This document shows positions 1 through 15,145 of a stretch of 64,000 bases of DNA, one piece after another; position 1 is the first letter of the stretch, and every line of letters starts with the position of its first letter. The position numbers were made by a program, and so were the translations under genes. The notes beneath the pieces were generated by a model. That model worked only from the letters and a program-made list of their open reading frames with translations, was not told the origin of the DNA and did not search any database. The stretch is taken from positions 68,450,001 through 68,514,000 of the forward strand of contig NW_024704742.1 of assembly GCF_018977255.1 (NCBI RefSeq). Reading direction: 5' to 3'. This DNA is from Callorhinchus milii (Eukaryota).

Positions 1-370
1 GGAGCCGCAAGCGAGAAGACACTGATGGGAGCCAAGAAGGCTTTCATCTTGTCAACAGTCACCTGCAGAAAGTTGGTGGTCATCCAGGCCTTGATGTCTG
101 AAAATCAAGAGGACAGAACATTGGTGGACCTGGGGTTGCGACTGGAGATGGAGAAATAGATTTGGCTACAGTCTGTAGGTGAAAGTTGATCCCATGTCTG
201 TGGGTCACATCACTGAGAGAGAGCAGATAAATGAGAAAAAGGGGGTCAAAGTTGGAGTCTTGGGGTCTGCCACAGATGAACCGGCAGAGGCGGGAGAACC
301 CATTTGCAGAGATCTAGTGATGGTGGTGGGACAACAACAACTTGCATTTATATAGCTCCTTTGGGTAGCG
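1..370 (-). mobile_element. Decayed L2-like LINE fragment
   Basis: The reverse strand resembles the RT region of the 52160 copy (LSSFSDIKAWMTTNFLQV). Confidence 0.65.
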
Positions 371-1511
371 TCCCGGAGGATTCAAACCAGTAGAGTACAG
401 CCCCATTGAAGTGGATGAGGGATTGAACTGACCCTCAATATTTTAGCGTCTCCTCTTATCTCATCCAATGACAAAAAATTAAACTTAAGAACCACATGCT
501 AGAATCAGACTCATTTTCTGAACTCTCTTCATCCTATCAATGTCTGAAAGCTGAGTGCCCAATTTGCAATAATATTCCAAGTGCAAATTTACAAACAAAT
601 TATACAGGGTTAACCTCTGCTTGAATATACAATAAAACTTCAGTTCAAAATTCCTTTTTTTTGGCCTCAATTTTCTTCCTCGAGTATTTTTGGGTGCAGC
701 TTATTAATATGCTAGTTTTTTTGCCAGCAAACAGGGGTCCTGGCACTGGCCTTGAAGACTTCTACAATGAAGTTTGGCTAAAGATCTGAAAACAAAATCT
801 TTACCTTTCATTTGATTTTGTCATCTATGAAATCTTTCATTAATCTCCCAACCAAGGAGGAAACTGCTGCTTTTGTTCCACAATGCACAGAGCAGGCAGC
901 AATCTTATAAATACTTTGGTCTCAACAACTGATTGCACTACAGCAATGCTAGCCAGCCAACTTCAGTTGTTTGTAACTGAATATGCAGCGCACACAATGT
1001 TTATTCCCATTTCCTTTAAATGGGTAAATCAATCAGGTTTGGACATCATGGCTGCAGTTTACCGGAAGATCACTGAGTGAAAGGATACTGTTTCTCACCC
1101 TTCAATTTGTTCACTAAAGAAGCACTGAATGAAAGGACGCAGGTGCTATCTACACAGGTGCTTTCGCTCCACATAAATTATAAAGCCCATCAACATTTAA
1201 AAAGGGATAAAAACAATTCTCCTAAAGACTGAGTAGCTTAAAACACTTTAAAAAAGATACATTGCTAGTAAAATACATTAGCTCATTGTTTGTTGCACAC
1301 TGCTAAATTAAAAACAATGCATTTTATCATGACGACAAGTAGTATACTAAAAGTGGTAGGTTCAGGGTGAGGAGGGGAAGAAGGACTAACAATTAGCAAG
1401 TTGTAAAAGATTCAGGCTTCAAGTAAAACTCAGATGTCCTGATGTGAAAGATGCTATATAAATGTAAACTGTACTATGTTAAACACAATTGTGTGGCAGT
1501 TTTAGTGTTGC

Positions 1512-1782
1512 TATCGGCAGTCGGGCCTTCAGCCTTTCTGCCCCGACCTTTTGGAACTCCATCCCACAGTATCGTCGCTCCCTCCCATGCCTCCTGAAAG
1601 GCCCATCTCAAGACCCTCCTCTTCCACCGTGCCTTCAGTCACTCTCCCACCCCAATCCTCCCTGCCCTTCATCCTTCCTGATTCCACGCCCCAGCTCGGA
1701 TCCAAATCCTGATTGTCCAGCGCCTTGGGATGTCCTCCAGATGTGAAAGGCGCTGTACAAATCTAATTTGTTGTTGTTGCAA
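1512..1782 (+). mobile_element. L2-like 3' end
   Basis: IGSRAFSLSAPTFWNSIP, family 3' end and TTG tail. Confidence 0.85.
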
Positions 1783-4700
1783 ATGGATCTTAAGAACAAA
1801 ACAAACGCATCAAATACAGAAAGAGATTACTACAATCTGCTTGTAAAAAAAGGTTTATTTATGTGGCCAGGTAACGTACGAAAATATTTTTGGTTCTATA
1901 GCTTTCTGCTCAAAGAAATGTTTCAGCTCAGGGTATTAAGTCACACAGGGTTTAGGAAAATAACATCTTCTCCAGCTGAAGTCAATGGGAGTGTACATGT
2001 TAGTCATCTCCCTCAGGGAAAGATACATTTTTCTGTCATGTCACACACCCATCTTTAGCCAATGGGAGCTTACTGAGAACTATATAAACACTCAACTATG
2101 CCATTTTTTTTACAGCAATACTGAATATCTTTTACACAGTCTGTATTTTCCTCTTGGCAGAAAGGATTAGGATTGTTTTTTTAAAAACGTAAAAGCAGCA
2201 ACAGCTACAATCGGCATAAAAAAAAGTTCCCCCTAGTGCTAAAGCCAGTAAAAAAGATACAGTAATGCCAAAACTGTAAATACAACATATTGGTCAGTGA
2301 AACTGTCAACCAAGCTTCATATTTTCCGTTTGGAAAATGAGGGAAGGTAACCTAGAACTGACCCTCTGGTTGCTTTTGCCTTTTAAAAATTTTTTTAATG
2401 CTCTTTGATGCAACACTCCTCGAGATGGGAGGGGAACTGCAATGGTCAAGAAAGAATTTTATTGGAGTGGGGAGAAAAGTTACATAAAAGATGTGTTGCT
2501 TTCTGCAACTCGATCCAAAAACTTACCGACTTCTCTTTTCTGTCACAAACGCTATTCCAAATCCAGCAAAGGTCATTCAAATACTTTTCTTCAGCAGAAA
2601 GCGTGGGCAGAATAGCTGAAAATATCCCCAGCATTGTATAGATGAGTGAGAAAGAAATGGAGGCGATTATAAGGCGAGGGGAAAAGGAGGGTGATAATGG
2701 TGTTAACTCTGCACACAAGCATCGGCTAGTTGGGACGAAGTGTTGGGGTGGGGGATATGTTTCATTGTAGCACATACATCCTTCGGAAGAGACATTAAAC
2801 TGAAGTCCCATCTACCTGTTCAGATGGATGTTAAAGATCCCAAGGCACTATTCAAAAATTTCTCCTAGTGTCCTGGCCAACAATCCCCCAAATTTTTGGC
2901 CAGGACATTGGGAGCAATTGTTACTCCATAGCAGTTTGTGGAACATAGTTGGGCGCAAATGGCTGCCATGTTTCGCCTACAAGAATCAATTATTATTAGA
3001 TAACAGTTACAGAATATGGGCAAATGATGATACTGGGTTTAGAAAAATAGTTAAAATTAGGAAATAGAATGCTGGAAAATCTACAAGTTTAGTACTCATG
3101 AGGTTCACTGTGAGTCTGCTTTTAAAAATATTGACTTTGACAAAAATGTTTCCAAAATAGGAGGCAGAACAAACACAAGGAACACTACAAACTGGTGTTT
3201 GGCTCAGTTTCCAACACTTTCACCTTTAAATCAGAAGGATGGCCTCACACCCAAGTCTGCAGACCGGCACTCCAGTCCAGTGTTGTAAGATTACTGATAG
3301 CACCAACTGGAAAACGAAACCAGTCACGACTGCCTATTCTGGTGTTTATTAAAGATCTTCCACATTTTGAGGATCAGGATGTTCTCGCAATGCACTGGCC
3401 AATGATATTGCTTTATGGCAATATACAACACTTTAGTTATTCGTCACATTATTTACTGTGAGGGGCGGGCGGGGGATAATCCATGGATAAATCACTACCT
3501 TCATCCAATTAAAAAAAATTGTTTAGTCAGCACATATGTGGAAGGAAACTCCTCATCGTGCTTAAGAGTATCCAAACCAGACAAAGTTTCACATATGCAT
3601 GCCACCTACACTTGGGAATTTGTGTGCCTAGAACAGAATGTGCACTCTCTCTCCCTGGAAAGCCACACCCTGCCTCACCCAGGAAGCATTAGGCACAGGT
3701 TGGCAACTTCAAGGGTTGGAAATCCTAGATTGTGAGCTGGGATACCACTGGCGTTTAGCCAGTTAAAACAGACAGCTTGCCACTGTAGGTAGAGAGCAGC
3801 TCCAGATCCGGGGGCAGAAATGATGAGACATGCTATAGGGTCTGTGGGGAAAAGTGCCAGTGAGGGAGGCCAATGGAGCACATTGGCCAACTGGCCTCCA
3901 GCCATAGCTCCCTCAACAGTTGGCAGGACCTGTGATATGGGGGAGTTGTTTGCGTGACTTAAGAGGTATAAGAGATGTTCCTGCTATAAAAGCAGCCGTC
4001 CCTCACAATCGCTGCCTTCTCAAAAAAAAACAGAATCTATACATGGTTTAGCAGTTTTGTTGGCACTTGGTTCAATTGTTCCACAATTACAGCCATCATC
4101 AACTGCGTCTTCCACAACATCCCCATGCCTGCAATATTATTACTGAACTGGGTAATCTTAAACAGTTGAGATGGCTTTGTAGCTATTACTTTTAGCTTAT
4201 TTTGCTTCACTGTTATTTTCTTTCATGCCTTGAATCAAACATAACTAACATTTTAACTTCACACTTTCAGTAGTATAGATTATTTGATTGGAAAATTTGT
4301 ACACAGCAATGTCCCACAAATCATTTTATTTGGAGGATTGTTGGCCAGGGCACTGGGAGAAACTCTTTCTCTTTTCGAATTGTACCATGGGATCTTTATG
4401 TACACCTGAACAGGCAGGCAGGACCTTGGTTTAACCTCTCATCCAAAGGTCATCACCTCCAACAATGCAGCAATGCCACGACATTGGAGCATCAACCAAG
4501 ACAAAGTTCAAAGTCCTGACGTGGGCTTGAACCCACAACCTTCTGAAGCCAGAGTGCTACCAACTGAGATAGGTAAATACTTAACTACCCAAACAACATT
4601 CTAGAAAGTCAGGGTTAGTAGGTTGGCCAGCAAATCAGTCTCCTTGAACCTTAAGTCTATGTTTTTTTTAGTTCAGTGCTTGCATTAGTTGGACACAGTA

Positions 4701-5609
4701 ACTTCAGGAACAAGCACACCAAATTAGAAAGCTTACACTTAAAGGTTAAGAGAATTTAGCTGAAGTAGACAAGAGTCAGTGTTTTCACAAAAGTACAAGT
4801 TAACTGTCTTCACATGCATCCATGATTTTGAAATACATTGGCATATGTATACAGGTTTATAGGAATAAACCTCAATTGTAGGAGCAGAATGATTCTCAAG
4901 TTACTGTGAATAACTGGTTCACTAATGTCTGTTACCACTACCCAGTCTGGCATAGATTTGGCCCCAGTCCCACACTAAGCGATCTAAACATCCTCTGAAA
5001 TGGCTAAGGTGGCCCATCGGTTGTAAGAAAACCATTACAGAAAAGTCACAAGGATTGTAATGGTTTAAAAAAATCTACCACCTTCTCAGAGCAATGGATG
5101 CTTGCCCTGCCAACACTGCCCACATCCCAAGATGCATTTTATTAAAAGGCAAGTTACCAACAAACGTCAATTATGTTATAGTAGTTTCAAGAATTTTAGG
5201 AGTTAGATGTATTTCACAATGAGGAATGTCTTGAAATAAGCCACATTTTAATGTGCACTCATATATGGGATACAAAACCTTCTAACAAAAGCTTGCATCC
5301 CATTATTCCTCGCCGCATAGGTGGAAAAACACCTGGATGAAGAATAACTGCACTCCTGATTTCTAACCTTATCTTTATTATCTTAAATAAAATATAGATA
5401 ATTTCTTATTTAAAAAAACCTTTCAATGCTTGAAGGAGCTAAACCCAAATGGCCTGACTTGCCTGATGTAAGATTTCATTTATAGAGCTGAAGTAAACAA
5501 TAAAACATCTGTTAGTTTTGTAGCCAAAGCTCTGGAATTCTTTTACTGTCTGTAATCCTCTATAGGAACTGAAGTAGTATTTCTCATCTGAAGTCAGAAC
5601 TTTTGATTA

Positions 5610-5972
5610 CTGAAGTCAAATCCCTTCATGCCCTGGCAACTCCATACCTCTCCAACCTAATTACTCCCTGACCCACTACCTGGTGTCTCTGCACGAATGG
5701 ATTTGGCCTCCTATATGTCCTTCGAGCCTTCCATTCCACCGTTGATGGTCGCACTTTCAGCCACTATGCCCCAAAACTCTGGAACACTTTCTCTAAACCT
5801 CCACCTTGCCCGTTCCTTCCCCATTTTCAGATTGTACCTGAAGATCTTCCTTTACAACCGTGCCTACAGTCACCTCTCCCCTCCCACCGGCTCAGCGTCG
5901 TGCTCTGCCATTGTCAAACTCTCTGGGATACTACCCTGTGTGAGGAGCGCTATATACATGCATGTTGTTTTC
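5610..5972 (+). mobile_element. L2-like 3' end
   Basis: Homologous to the 3' end of the 28865-30325 copy. Confidence 0.75.
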
Positions 5973-8037
5973 AAGCAAGCAAGTACCTAACAAAGATAGT
6001 GTTCACCCCCAAAGCCTGCTAATAACTAATTTGCATTTCCAGGCTAACAGATACCACAGCTAATTGTGAAATTGTAATTTGGCCAGATGTAGTTAAAAAC
6101 ACCACATCAGCACTAAGCTGGTCAAAACTACACCCTTATTAGTTTTAAAATATCCTACATAGTGCACTGTAATAGAAGACAATAGAGTTGGTATTTTGGA
6201 AGCGTGAAATCAAATGGGCCAAATGGCATTCTTTATGTGAACCTCTTGTGGTCTTACAAATTCTAAACTTTGTTTCAAAAGCATTCAACGATATATTGTT
6301 GGCATTCTCAGTGATCACTTTCAAATTGCTCTCTCTCACAGAGTTCATGCCACTTATTCATCTGCACAACAATATTAAATTATTTAAGATTCTAATTACA
6401 TAAAAAACCCTCTTTTTTCAAGCACTTGGTAATGTAGGATATGTAGGATAATGCACCTGTTAGCCACCTGCAACGTTAAACGGTGAATGTATCAGCTGCT
6501 GCACGATTACTGCAGTACAGCAACTTTGCATGTTGGTGCCCACACAGTTAAGTCCCTACAGAATTTTTTTCTAAAAAAGCACTTGCATGCTGAATATGTT
6601 ATATAACCAATATCATATCAGGTTTATGAATAATGTATCCAATAGCAACTTGGCATTTATGTTTCAGTGAACAGTCTTGCTTGCTCCTGTCATATTCTCT
6701 AAAGCATCTGACAGGCAAAATACTTTGAACTACATAATTACAAAATAGGTATGGCAGTACAATGTCATGTATCAAGCAGACTAAAGAATTCTAGTCTCCT
6801 TGAACACTGAAGATCTGAATGGATTTTGCAACTCTTAGGCTCTGCAATTAGAAGGCATTAAGGATGAAAAATGTATATAGTGCTTTCACATACAAGAAAC
6901 CCCTTAAAGTGCTTTACTAAATGGGATGAATTAGATGAAGTGAGCGTTATTATGTAAAGAGAAACATGGCAGTAAAATTGTACCAGCACCATCCAGAATT
7001 GAAAGCAGACAAAACGTAAAACAATGACTCAATCATTATAATATCTGGAAATAATAAAATTTTGTTAGAGCAAAAAGGAGAAATTATATAAAATGTTAAA
7101 ACATTCGGGAATAAAATCAAGATAAGAAGTCTATGAAGAGGAATGGAAACGATCAAATGCACATTCTATTGACCAGCAAATCTAAAGGCAAGTGTGAGCG
7201 CTTTGAGCCAAATGATTTTGCACTTTCAAAGAGTCGGTACAGGCACAATGGCCCAAATGGCCTCCTTCTGTGCTGTAGGATTCTATGGTCAAGAGGTTCA
7301 AACACACAAATTTGATCAGCAGAATTGGAATACATTCTATTGGTGAGTACTGAAGGGAAGGGGGGAAAAAAGGAGCAAAATCACAACCATAAAATGATTA
7401 CAAGAGGATAGCTTACATACAAGTTGAAAAAACTAAATTTACTTATAATAAATTTTAAAAGCATGACCTCGCAGTCAGAATATGCGTGCAATTCACATTC
7501 CAGGGTTTGCAAATTAATCTCCCTGGGATGGCACCACTCCTTCATTTTAAGAGTAGTTTGAATAAGAATTTCAGATGGAGAAACCAATGTCAGTTTTATT
7601 TTATTCAGTAAACCATTAGGAACAACATTTTCAGTGGTCATTAAGTCTGCAGCCTCAATCACCTTAATGTACTGGTTAATAGCAACTGCTCCAAAGAAAT
7701 AGCCACCTGTACCAAATTAGCAAATTTTCAGGAATCTAAACTTTCATTGACCTGTGCCTTGCACAACTTCATTGTTTTATTTGTCCAACATTAGTGAATA
7801 GAGATTCAGACGGCAACCATGTGTCATCTCATATTTTAATTCTACATTCAATTAATTTATAACAAAGATTGAATAAGGACTGTTCTTTTAGAAAGAACAG
7901 AAGAAAAAAAAGTTAAAAGAGGAATTTGAATTACAACTGAAATCAGGACAAATAGTCTCTTTCTTCCACTCCATTCTTGCGGTATTAAATCACGATATGG
8001 TCTATGGGTACTTCTTTCAGCTGGCATTCTTCATATA

Positions 8038-8424
8038 CAGTAAAACTTACATAAGGCATATCAGTCAGGACCTAATGAGTTGCAAGCAAATTTGTATAAA
8101 ATCTGATTTAATCAATAATCTACATTGTGCATGCATAATTCAATGCAACTGGTAAGTGTGCGTATGGTAGTGCATAACCGCAGCCAATAAGTGCACGTGT
8201 GGTGATGCGTTGGGTCAAGACTATGTTTCCTGTGATTCAATGCGTCTTGACCAGTTATCGTATGCCACTTAACGGTAAGCATTGGAATCGCATTGAATTT
8301 CGGGAAATGAATTTCTTCTGAGCATGTAGAGATGGATCAAGACTAAGTTTCCCGCGATTCAATGCAGCCGGTAACTAGGGGAGTATTGGAGTATTGATAA
8401 AGAAGAATTATGCGAGTTTTACTG
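8038..8424. mobile_element. Tigger/pogo-like MITE
   Basis: TIRs CAGTAAAACTTACATAA and CAGTAAAACTCGCATAA (15/17 match), with TA flanking both ends. Confidence 0.8.
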
Positions 8425-9415
8425 TACATGACCAAACATCAATTAGCTTTTAGCAATCAACTGTTTCAGTGGCAGTTCACTGACCAGGAAATGTCTGCAT
8501 AAGTACACATTTTTCAAGATTTGAGAATTTTGGTAATTAGATTAATTTTTTTAAAGAAAGAATAAAACTTTTTTTTTTTTTTACACACCTCAAACACCTG
8601 GTCGGTAACAGAGCAAAGGACTTCAATTCTACCTTTATAAAAAATGCAAAAATATATATCTGTTGAAAAGAACACTACTCTATCTAGAATCAATTCTCTT
8701 CTTATCACACCAATACAAAACTTCTCTGTTACTTCTTTAAAATGCTTAAGAGTCATCTATTCTATGTAAAAGGTGTTAAATTGTTTTGCTTTGACATGAT
8801 TTTCCCTAACATTGCCAATACTGCAGTTTTGGAAACTTCAATTACAGCCAAGCTAAATTGACCGCACTCCATTTCTGGGCAGAATGGAGACCTTCGCAGC
8901 AGCCCGAAATGCAGACCATAAAATTCAATTCTGTTTACTCACCAGCATCTGGTGCTTCATTTTACTAACCAAGAGTAAGTATACTTTAAACATTCGGGAG
9001 TACACATGTTGCTTAAGAAATCAATAGTTTTTAAAAATGCTACTATTCATAAGACTAGTTTTACAAGCAAATCCCATTATATTATCACATTACCACAAGT
9101 GAACATCTTTAACAAGGTTCAGATTAAACGAACTATATGCAATTTTGGTCTAATTAAGGCCTCAGTGGTGCTACGATAATTGCATGTTGGGATAATCTCG
9201 TGGCTTGGAGCCTCAATTCCAAAACAATGTTAGGGAAAATCATGTCAAAACTCAAGAACTTGGACTTTTGCAGCACGCTTCACATAAGAAAAATGAGTCT
9301 ATGTACTTTAAAGATATAATAGAGAAAATGGTTTTCTTTAAAATAACTAATAGCAGAATTATTAATAAATCTATCCTAATAAAGACGAAATGTCTGTCTG
9401 AGTGTCAGTGTATCC

Positions 9416-9655
9416 CACAACAACAACAACAAAATTACGTTTATACAGCGCCTTTCACGTCGAGAGGACGTCCCAAGGTGCTGGACAGTCAGTGGTTGGG
9501 ATCTGAGCATGGGGAAGGGATGAGGGACAGCAGAGAGGTGGGAGGGCAACCGAAGGCACGATCGAAGTGGAGGGTCTTGCGACCGACCGACAAAGAAGGC
9601 AAGCGAGAAAACGAGGCAAAGGGGCCGTGGGATGGAGTTTCAGAGTGTGGGGGAC
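9416..9655 (-). mobile_element. L2-like 3' end
   Basis: (CAA)n tail and reverse family terminus cgcctttcacgtcgagaggacgtcccaagg. Confidence 0.85.
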
Positions 9656-10714
9656 AATCACGCAATAACCGATTGACGTAGAGACATGAATTATACATCA
9701 TCGTAAAGGTGTTTGCATCTGGCAGTGTTATGGGCATTTTTTTGGGGGGGGATCACCTATCGTTGAGCTATATTAATAAATGCTTTAATTAAGCCCCAAA
9801 ATGAGGTATGCATTGTATTCTGCAACTACGTAGCGACAGAGGAAAGCACACACCGTTCAGAAATATACATCTATATTCTGTATTAAATGTATGGCACTTT
9901 TTTCTGGTTGTCATTTGAGCTAGACTCCTCCCATATGGGGCAGACAGAGAGAGAGACAGAGAGAGATAGTGAGAGAGACTGACAGAGAGTCAGAGTAAAT
10001 AATGAAGTCAGACTTTTCAGACAACACCAATTTCTCCCTCATGAATTTGGAAATATATTCATATTCAAACAACATAGAAAAAGAAGCATATTGGACATAT
10101 ACAGTAAACTACACAATAACTAAAACTTCACAAAACTAAAAACTAATAGCCAATACTTGTTGGACCAACTGTTGCTTTTGCAAGTAGCTGCTGCCTTATG
10201 TACTAATGAACCATTGAGGAATATTTTTTAATGAAACTTCTTTCTCTTAGTTCCACGTTTTAAAGTTGTTTTTTTTCGTTCAGCTGGGTTTAATATTTGA
10301 AGTGACCATTCATCAAAAAATATTTTTAAATAATTTATCAGAACACTATGGTAATGTACACACAAGTCAATTTCTGAAAATAAAGAAAGAAGATTAATTA
10401 TTTATTAAATCATTGATAAAAGTCCCAGAGAAGCCCACGTCAGAAGATCACCGTTCAATTTCTTGTCTGTGCTGAATCTGCTGATTTGCAGTCAGGACAG
10501 CAGTTGGTATGCTACAGTTACATTACATGCCCTTGGAGTAGGTAGAGCAGAAAAAAATAGCAAGCCAAATTGATCATTACTCAAGATGACTTAAAACAGT
10601 AATAACTGTTCAACAAATTCCTTAGCTTAAACACACTTATTTTAAAATTTACCTGAACTGGCTGCCTAACCTTGCACAACACTCACCACCGCATCCGTTA
10701 TGACAGGCATTCTA

Positions 10715-11310
10715 CAATAACTTGCATTTATATAGCATCCTTCACGCGGGGTAGCATCCCAGAGTGCTTGACAGTGGCAGTCTGACACCAAGCCAGGGGG
10801 AGAGCGAGGTGACCATAAGTACGATCAAAAAGGTCTTCAGGCGGGATATAAAAGTGGGAAGGGAGGGGGCAAGGCATAGGGATTGAGGGTAAGAGTTCTA
10901 GGCGTTCGGGGCGTAGTGGCTTATAGCACAGCTGCCGTTGGTGGAGAGGAGCGGACAAGGGACAAATAGGAGGCCGGAGCCAGCTGAGTGGGAGAGGGAC
11001 AGTGGAGGTGACCCTAAGCACCATCAAAAACGAAGGTCTTTAGGCGGGATTTGAAAGTGGGGAGGGAGGGGCAAGACGGAGGGGTTGAGGGAGAGAGTTC
11101 CAGAGTTTTGGGGCATAATGCTGAAGGGGACAAGGGGCAAACAGGAGGGGACGAGGGATGAACATGAGGCCGGAGCCAGCTGAGTGGAGGCAGCAGGTAG
11201 TGGAGTGAGAGATAAGCAATTCGGACAGGTAGGGAGGCGCGAGAGCATGAAAGGATTTGAAAATGAGTTCCAGAGTACAGTAATAGGGAGCCAGTGAAGC
11301 CTGACATGGA
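10715..11310 (-). mobile_element. L2-like 3' fragment with internal tandem duplication
   Basis: Two successive copies of the ggccggagccagctgagtgg...aggtctt segment (about 10810-11000 and 11005-11190). Confidence 0.75.
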
Positions 11311-14214
11311 TTGATATGATGGTGTGGTGTGGCTCCTAGCAAGACTTCAGCATTATACTTACCACACATCTATTTGACTGGGAAGCTTAAAAGATTTGAG
11401 ATAGACAGGAAAAGAGGCAAATGTACATGGTATGAACATTTCAAGTGTACCCTTTTAAGCTTACTGACGTCCTACTGGAAACCAATACCTGTAAATATCC
11501 AAACCCTTCAATAACAACTTTCCAGTCATTAATCCTATATTACAACACAAATTTACATTTATACAGCACCTTTTACGTTGGGAGGACGTCCCAAAGTTCT
11601 CAACAATGCTGGCTTGGCAGCCTAGCTGGGAGTGGGGAGGGAGAAAGATGACAATGATTGCACAGTGAAAGAGAAAGGTCTTGGGACAGAGCTTGAAAGA
11701 GGTGAGGGAGAGAGCAAGTTTGAGGGAAGGAGTTCCAGAATGACTATTAAAACTGCAAATTAAATCAGTCCATATTGTAGTAAAGATCAAAACTCAAAAG
11801 TATTATTTATCTAATTATATAGTTGCAAATGTTGCATACCTGTTGCAGATTAAAAAGTGATGCCAATTAAACTAATTGGCTGTAATTGCATCAATGATCA
11901 CTATTGCTAGATCTAGCTCACTCATTTCTTCCAAAATGTTATTAATGAGATATTTATGGTTATCACATTGTGTGCTTTCAATTCAATTGTTAACTTATCC
12001 GTTTCCAACTTTCTACCATCCAATCTTCATGAATTTTAAAAAAATTAAGTAGATGCCCATATCAATAATCCTTGCATTTGATATAGCGCCTTATCATGTC
12101 TTTGAGTTTTCTCAAAGTGCTTCACAGAATATACTACAAAGTGAATTGACTGTATATTTTGTGGACGAAACATATACTATACAGAATACATTGCAAAGTG
12201 GATGGACTGCGTATTTTGTGGGCAAAACGCGGCAGCCAGTGAGTGAGTGACCAATTTTATTTGTGAGACTTGTTGAAACCACTCAAATTTCACTCATGTG
12301 GTTTAGAGAGCACCATATGACACTATATAAACCCCAAATTGTATTACTTCCGTAAAACACACGAAGTGAATGGTACTTTCTTCATCTGACAACATTCTGG
12401 TTGATTAACAATGTTATTAATCTGACAAATAAAACAATTTGACATTGCCAGATATTAGAAACAGAACAATACATGTTTGGGATTTCAAAGACAGAAGACA
12501 TTCAGAATTATATTTAAAAATAGTTAGGACACTGAATGTATGTAACATATTTTCAGGTGGTGGGTTGAGCTTTAATGGTTGGAAAAATTATTTGATTTCA
12601 ATGATGAAATGTAACTGAACAATAGACGTACAAAAATTCTACTTGAGAAGACATAAATGTTTGAAAGTTCTGAAACAGTATTAAAACAACATTATGTACT
12701 AATATTCCTTGCACTTGCTCTTTATATAACCTTTTCGCAGTATTTAAATGTCCCGAAAAAGTTCACAGGATTTACTGTAAAGTGTACTCACTACATATTT
12801 GCAAGCAAACTCCACAGTAGTGTCTTGTAAACAGCCATGAAGTAAATGACCACTCCTGTCAGCCACAATTCCAGAATTGTGGGATTCCAAACACTTTTAA
12901 CTAAAATGGTAACAGAGGTTGTTTTGAATGATTGTAACAGAAACACAAGCATAAAACAAACCTCGCGAAAGCTAAACATTATCTCTCACTAACTCCTGGC
13001 GAGTTCCTCAACCACAAAAGGTATTCAAGCCAACATTCCAGAACAGGCGACATCTCCGCTATTTAACATAATGCTAAATAGTTAACATCTGAATGTTAAC
13101 ATAATGTTAACATCTTCTCTCTATTTCAGAATCAATGCTTCTCTATCTTTCATCATTTAAAAACACTGGGGTCGCATCACCCCACAAATCTTTTTTTCCC
13201 AGTGCAAAGAAATTCAACAACACTACTTAAAAAAAAACTTGCACCTTGGAATAACTTTGTTAATCTTTTCTGAACAGTCTCCTACGCCACGTTATGGTGC
13301 TCGAAACTGAGGACACAAAATTCCCAATGTGGACCCACCAGCCAATATGACACAAGGTTAAACAATTTCCTTCCATTTATGGCTTAAACAACCCCTCTCG
13401 AGATGCGAACTAATATTTAATGGGTTTGCACGGGTGGGACTGCAAAAGAACCAGACCTGACAGGCACTGGGGGTGGGGGGGGATGGGTTGGTGACAGAAA
13501 GTTCACCAGGAGATGCAATTTTAATTCCCGTTTAGATTCTGGGTTCGGAGCAAATGGATCACAGGGGATGGGATTGTAGCTTTGCAAACGGGAATGTCGC
13601 TCACAGAGAATCGCTCGGAGCATCTGCACAGAGGGAAGAGGAGGAGGAGGGCGGCACATGAGAGCCACTTATTTTTTTTCTCTGAACGCGCAACAAGGCA
13701 GTGAATAAGCGCGTTTGAAAATCGTTGGAGGGTCAATGCCTCGGAACTGACTGACTGACTGACTGGTGGGTACAACGCGGGGCAACACCTTCCCCGAGGA
13801 GCCGCTGGGCCTCACCTGGCCCCTGGGCCTGGGTTTCAGCTCCTGGCTCGGCCCTGCCCTGCCCGGCCCGGCCCGGCCCGGCCCTTCCCGGGATAAAAGA
13901 TACCAATCTTAATATTACATTTTTTTTAGATCACCACAACCCCCTCCGCAGACCTCACGCCGCCCCCAAACAGCACTCGGGAAGTCTAAACACGTTTTTT
14001 TTTCCCTCCAGGGATCCCGAACAAATAAAATCCCATCAAAATACAATTCCAGGGAAACGGTCACCGGTCTCACGGTTACAGACAAACACATTTCCTGATT
14101 TCCTACCTTTCCCCGGGAGTGGGGGGGGGGGGGGGGGGGGAGGCTCTCAATGGTAGTCGGTGTCGGGTTTATACATCTTACGTTAAAAAAAACACAGGAG
14201 GATAATAAACTCAC

Positions 14215-14632
14215 CGGGAACATCCAAGGGGAGGAGGTGGAAGGAAGGAAGCGGATGGAGTGGAAAGGAGCTGAATGATAACCTCCCACATCCGCGACGC
14301 GCTCCTCCTGTCCCTCCGCTCCCCCCGCAGCCCGGACTCTCCCTCTCTCTCCCCCCCACCCCCACCCCAGGAGCTGAGCTCTCACCGCGCCACCTCACCA
14401 CCTCCCACTCCTCACAGCTGGGCTCTCCCTCCCTCACTCACTCACTCACTCCCTCACTCTCCTCCTCCTCCACAGGGAGCGGACGGGCGCGCGGCTCTCC
14501 CTCTCTTTCACACACACACACTGTTTGCCCCCCAAGAGCTCGGCTCTCCCTCGCGCTCTGCCCCCTCCAGGGGATGATGTGCTGCTCTCCCAAATACACG
14601 GTCTTCCTCTCGCTCGCGCTCTCCCCCCGGCG
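14215..14632 (-). other. Probable 5' exon of an unidentified minus-strand gene extending off the left end
   Basis: GC/CpG-rich segment ending at the consensus donor CCG|GTGAGT (intron starts 14214). A second donor CAG|GTGAGG lies at 13816/13815. No recognisable coding exon was found in 1-13800. Confidence 0.5.
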
Positions 14633-15145
14633 TTGTCTGCCCCTCACTGTCTGCCCCTCACTCACTCTGTGCCCCTCACTGTCTGCCCCTCACTCACTCT
14701 GTGCCCCTCACTGTCTGCCCCTCACTGTCTGCCCCTCACTCACTCTGTGCCCCTCACTGTCTGCCCCTCACTCACTCTGTGCCCCTCACTGTCTGCCCCT
14801 CACTGTCTGCCCCTCACTCACTCTGTGCCCCTCACTGTCTGCCCCTCACTCACTCTGTGCCCCTCACTGTCTGCCCCTCACTGTCTGCCCCTCACTCACT
14901 CTGTGCCCCTCACTGTCTGCCCCTCACTCACTCTGTGCCTCTCACTGTCTGCCCCTCACTCACTCTGTGCCCCTCACTGTCTGCCCCTCACTGTCTGCCC
15001 CTCACTCACTCTGTGCCCCTCACTGTCTGCCCCTCACTCACTCTGTGCCCCTCACTGCCTGCCCCTCACTGTCTGCCCCTCACTCACTCTGTGCCCCTCA
15101 CTGTCTGCCCCTCACTCACTCTGTGCCCCTCACTGTCTACCCCTC
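14633..15145. repeat. Minisatellite of 14-bp (cccctcactgtctg) and 18-bp (cccctcactcactctgtg) subunits
   Basis: Directly visible tandem units. Confidence 0.95.
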
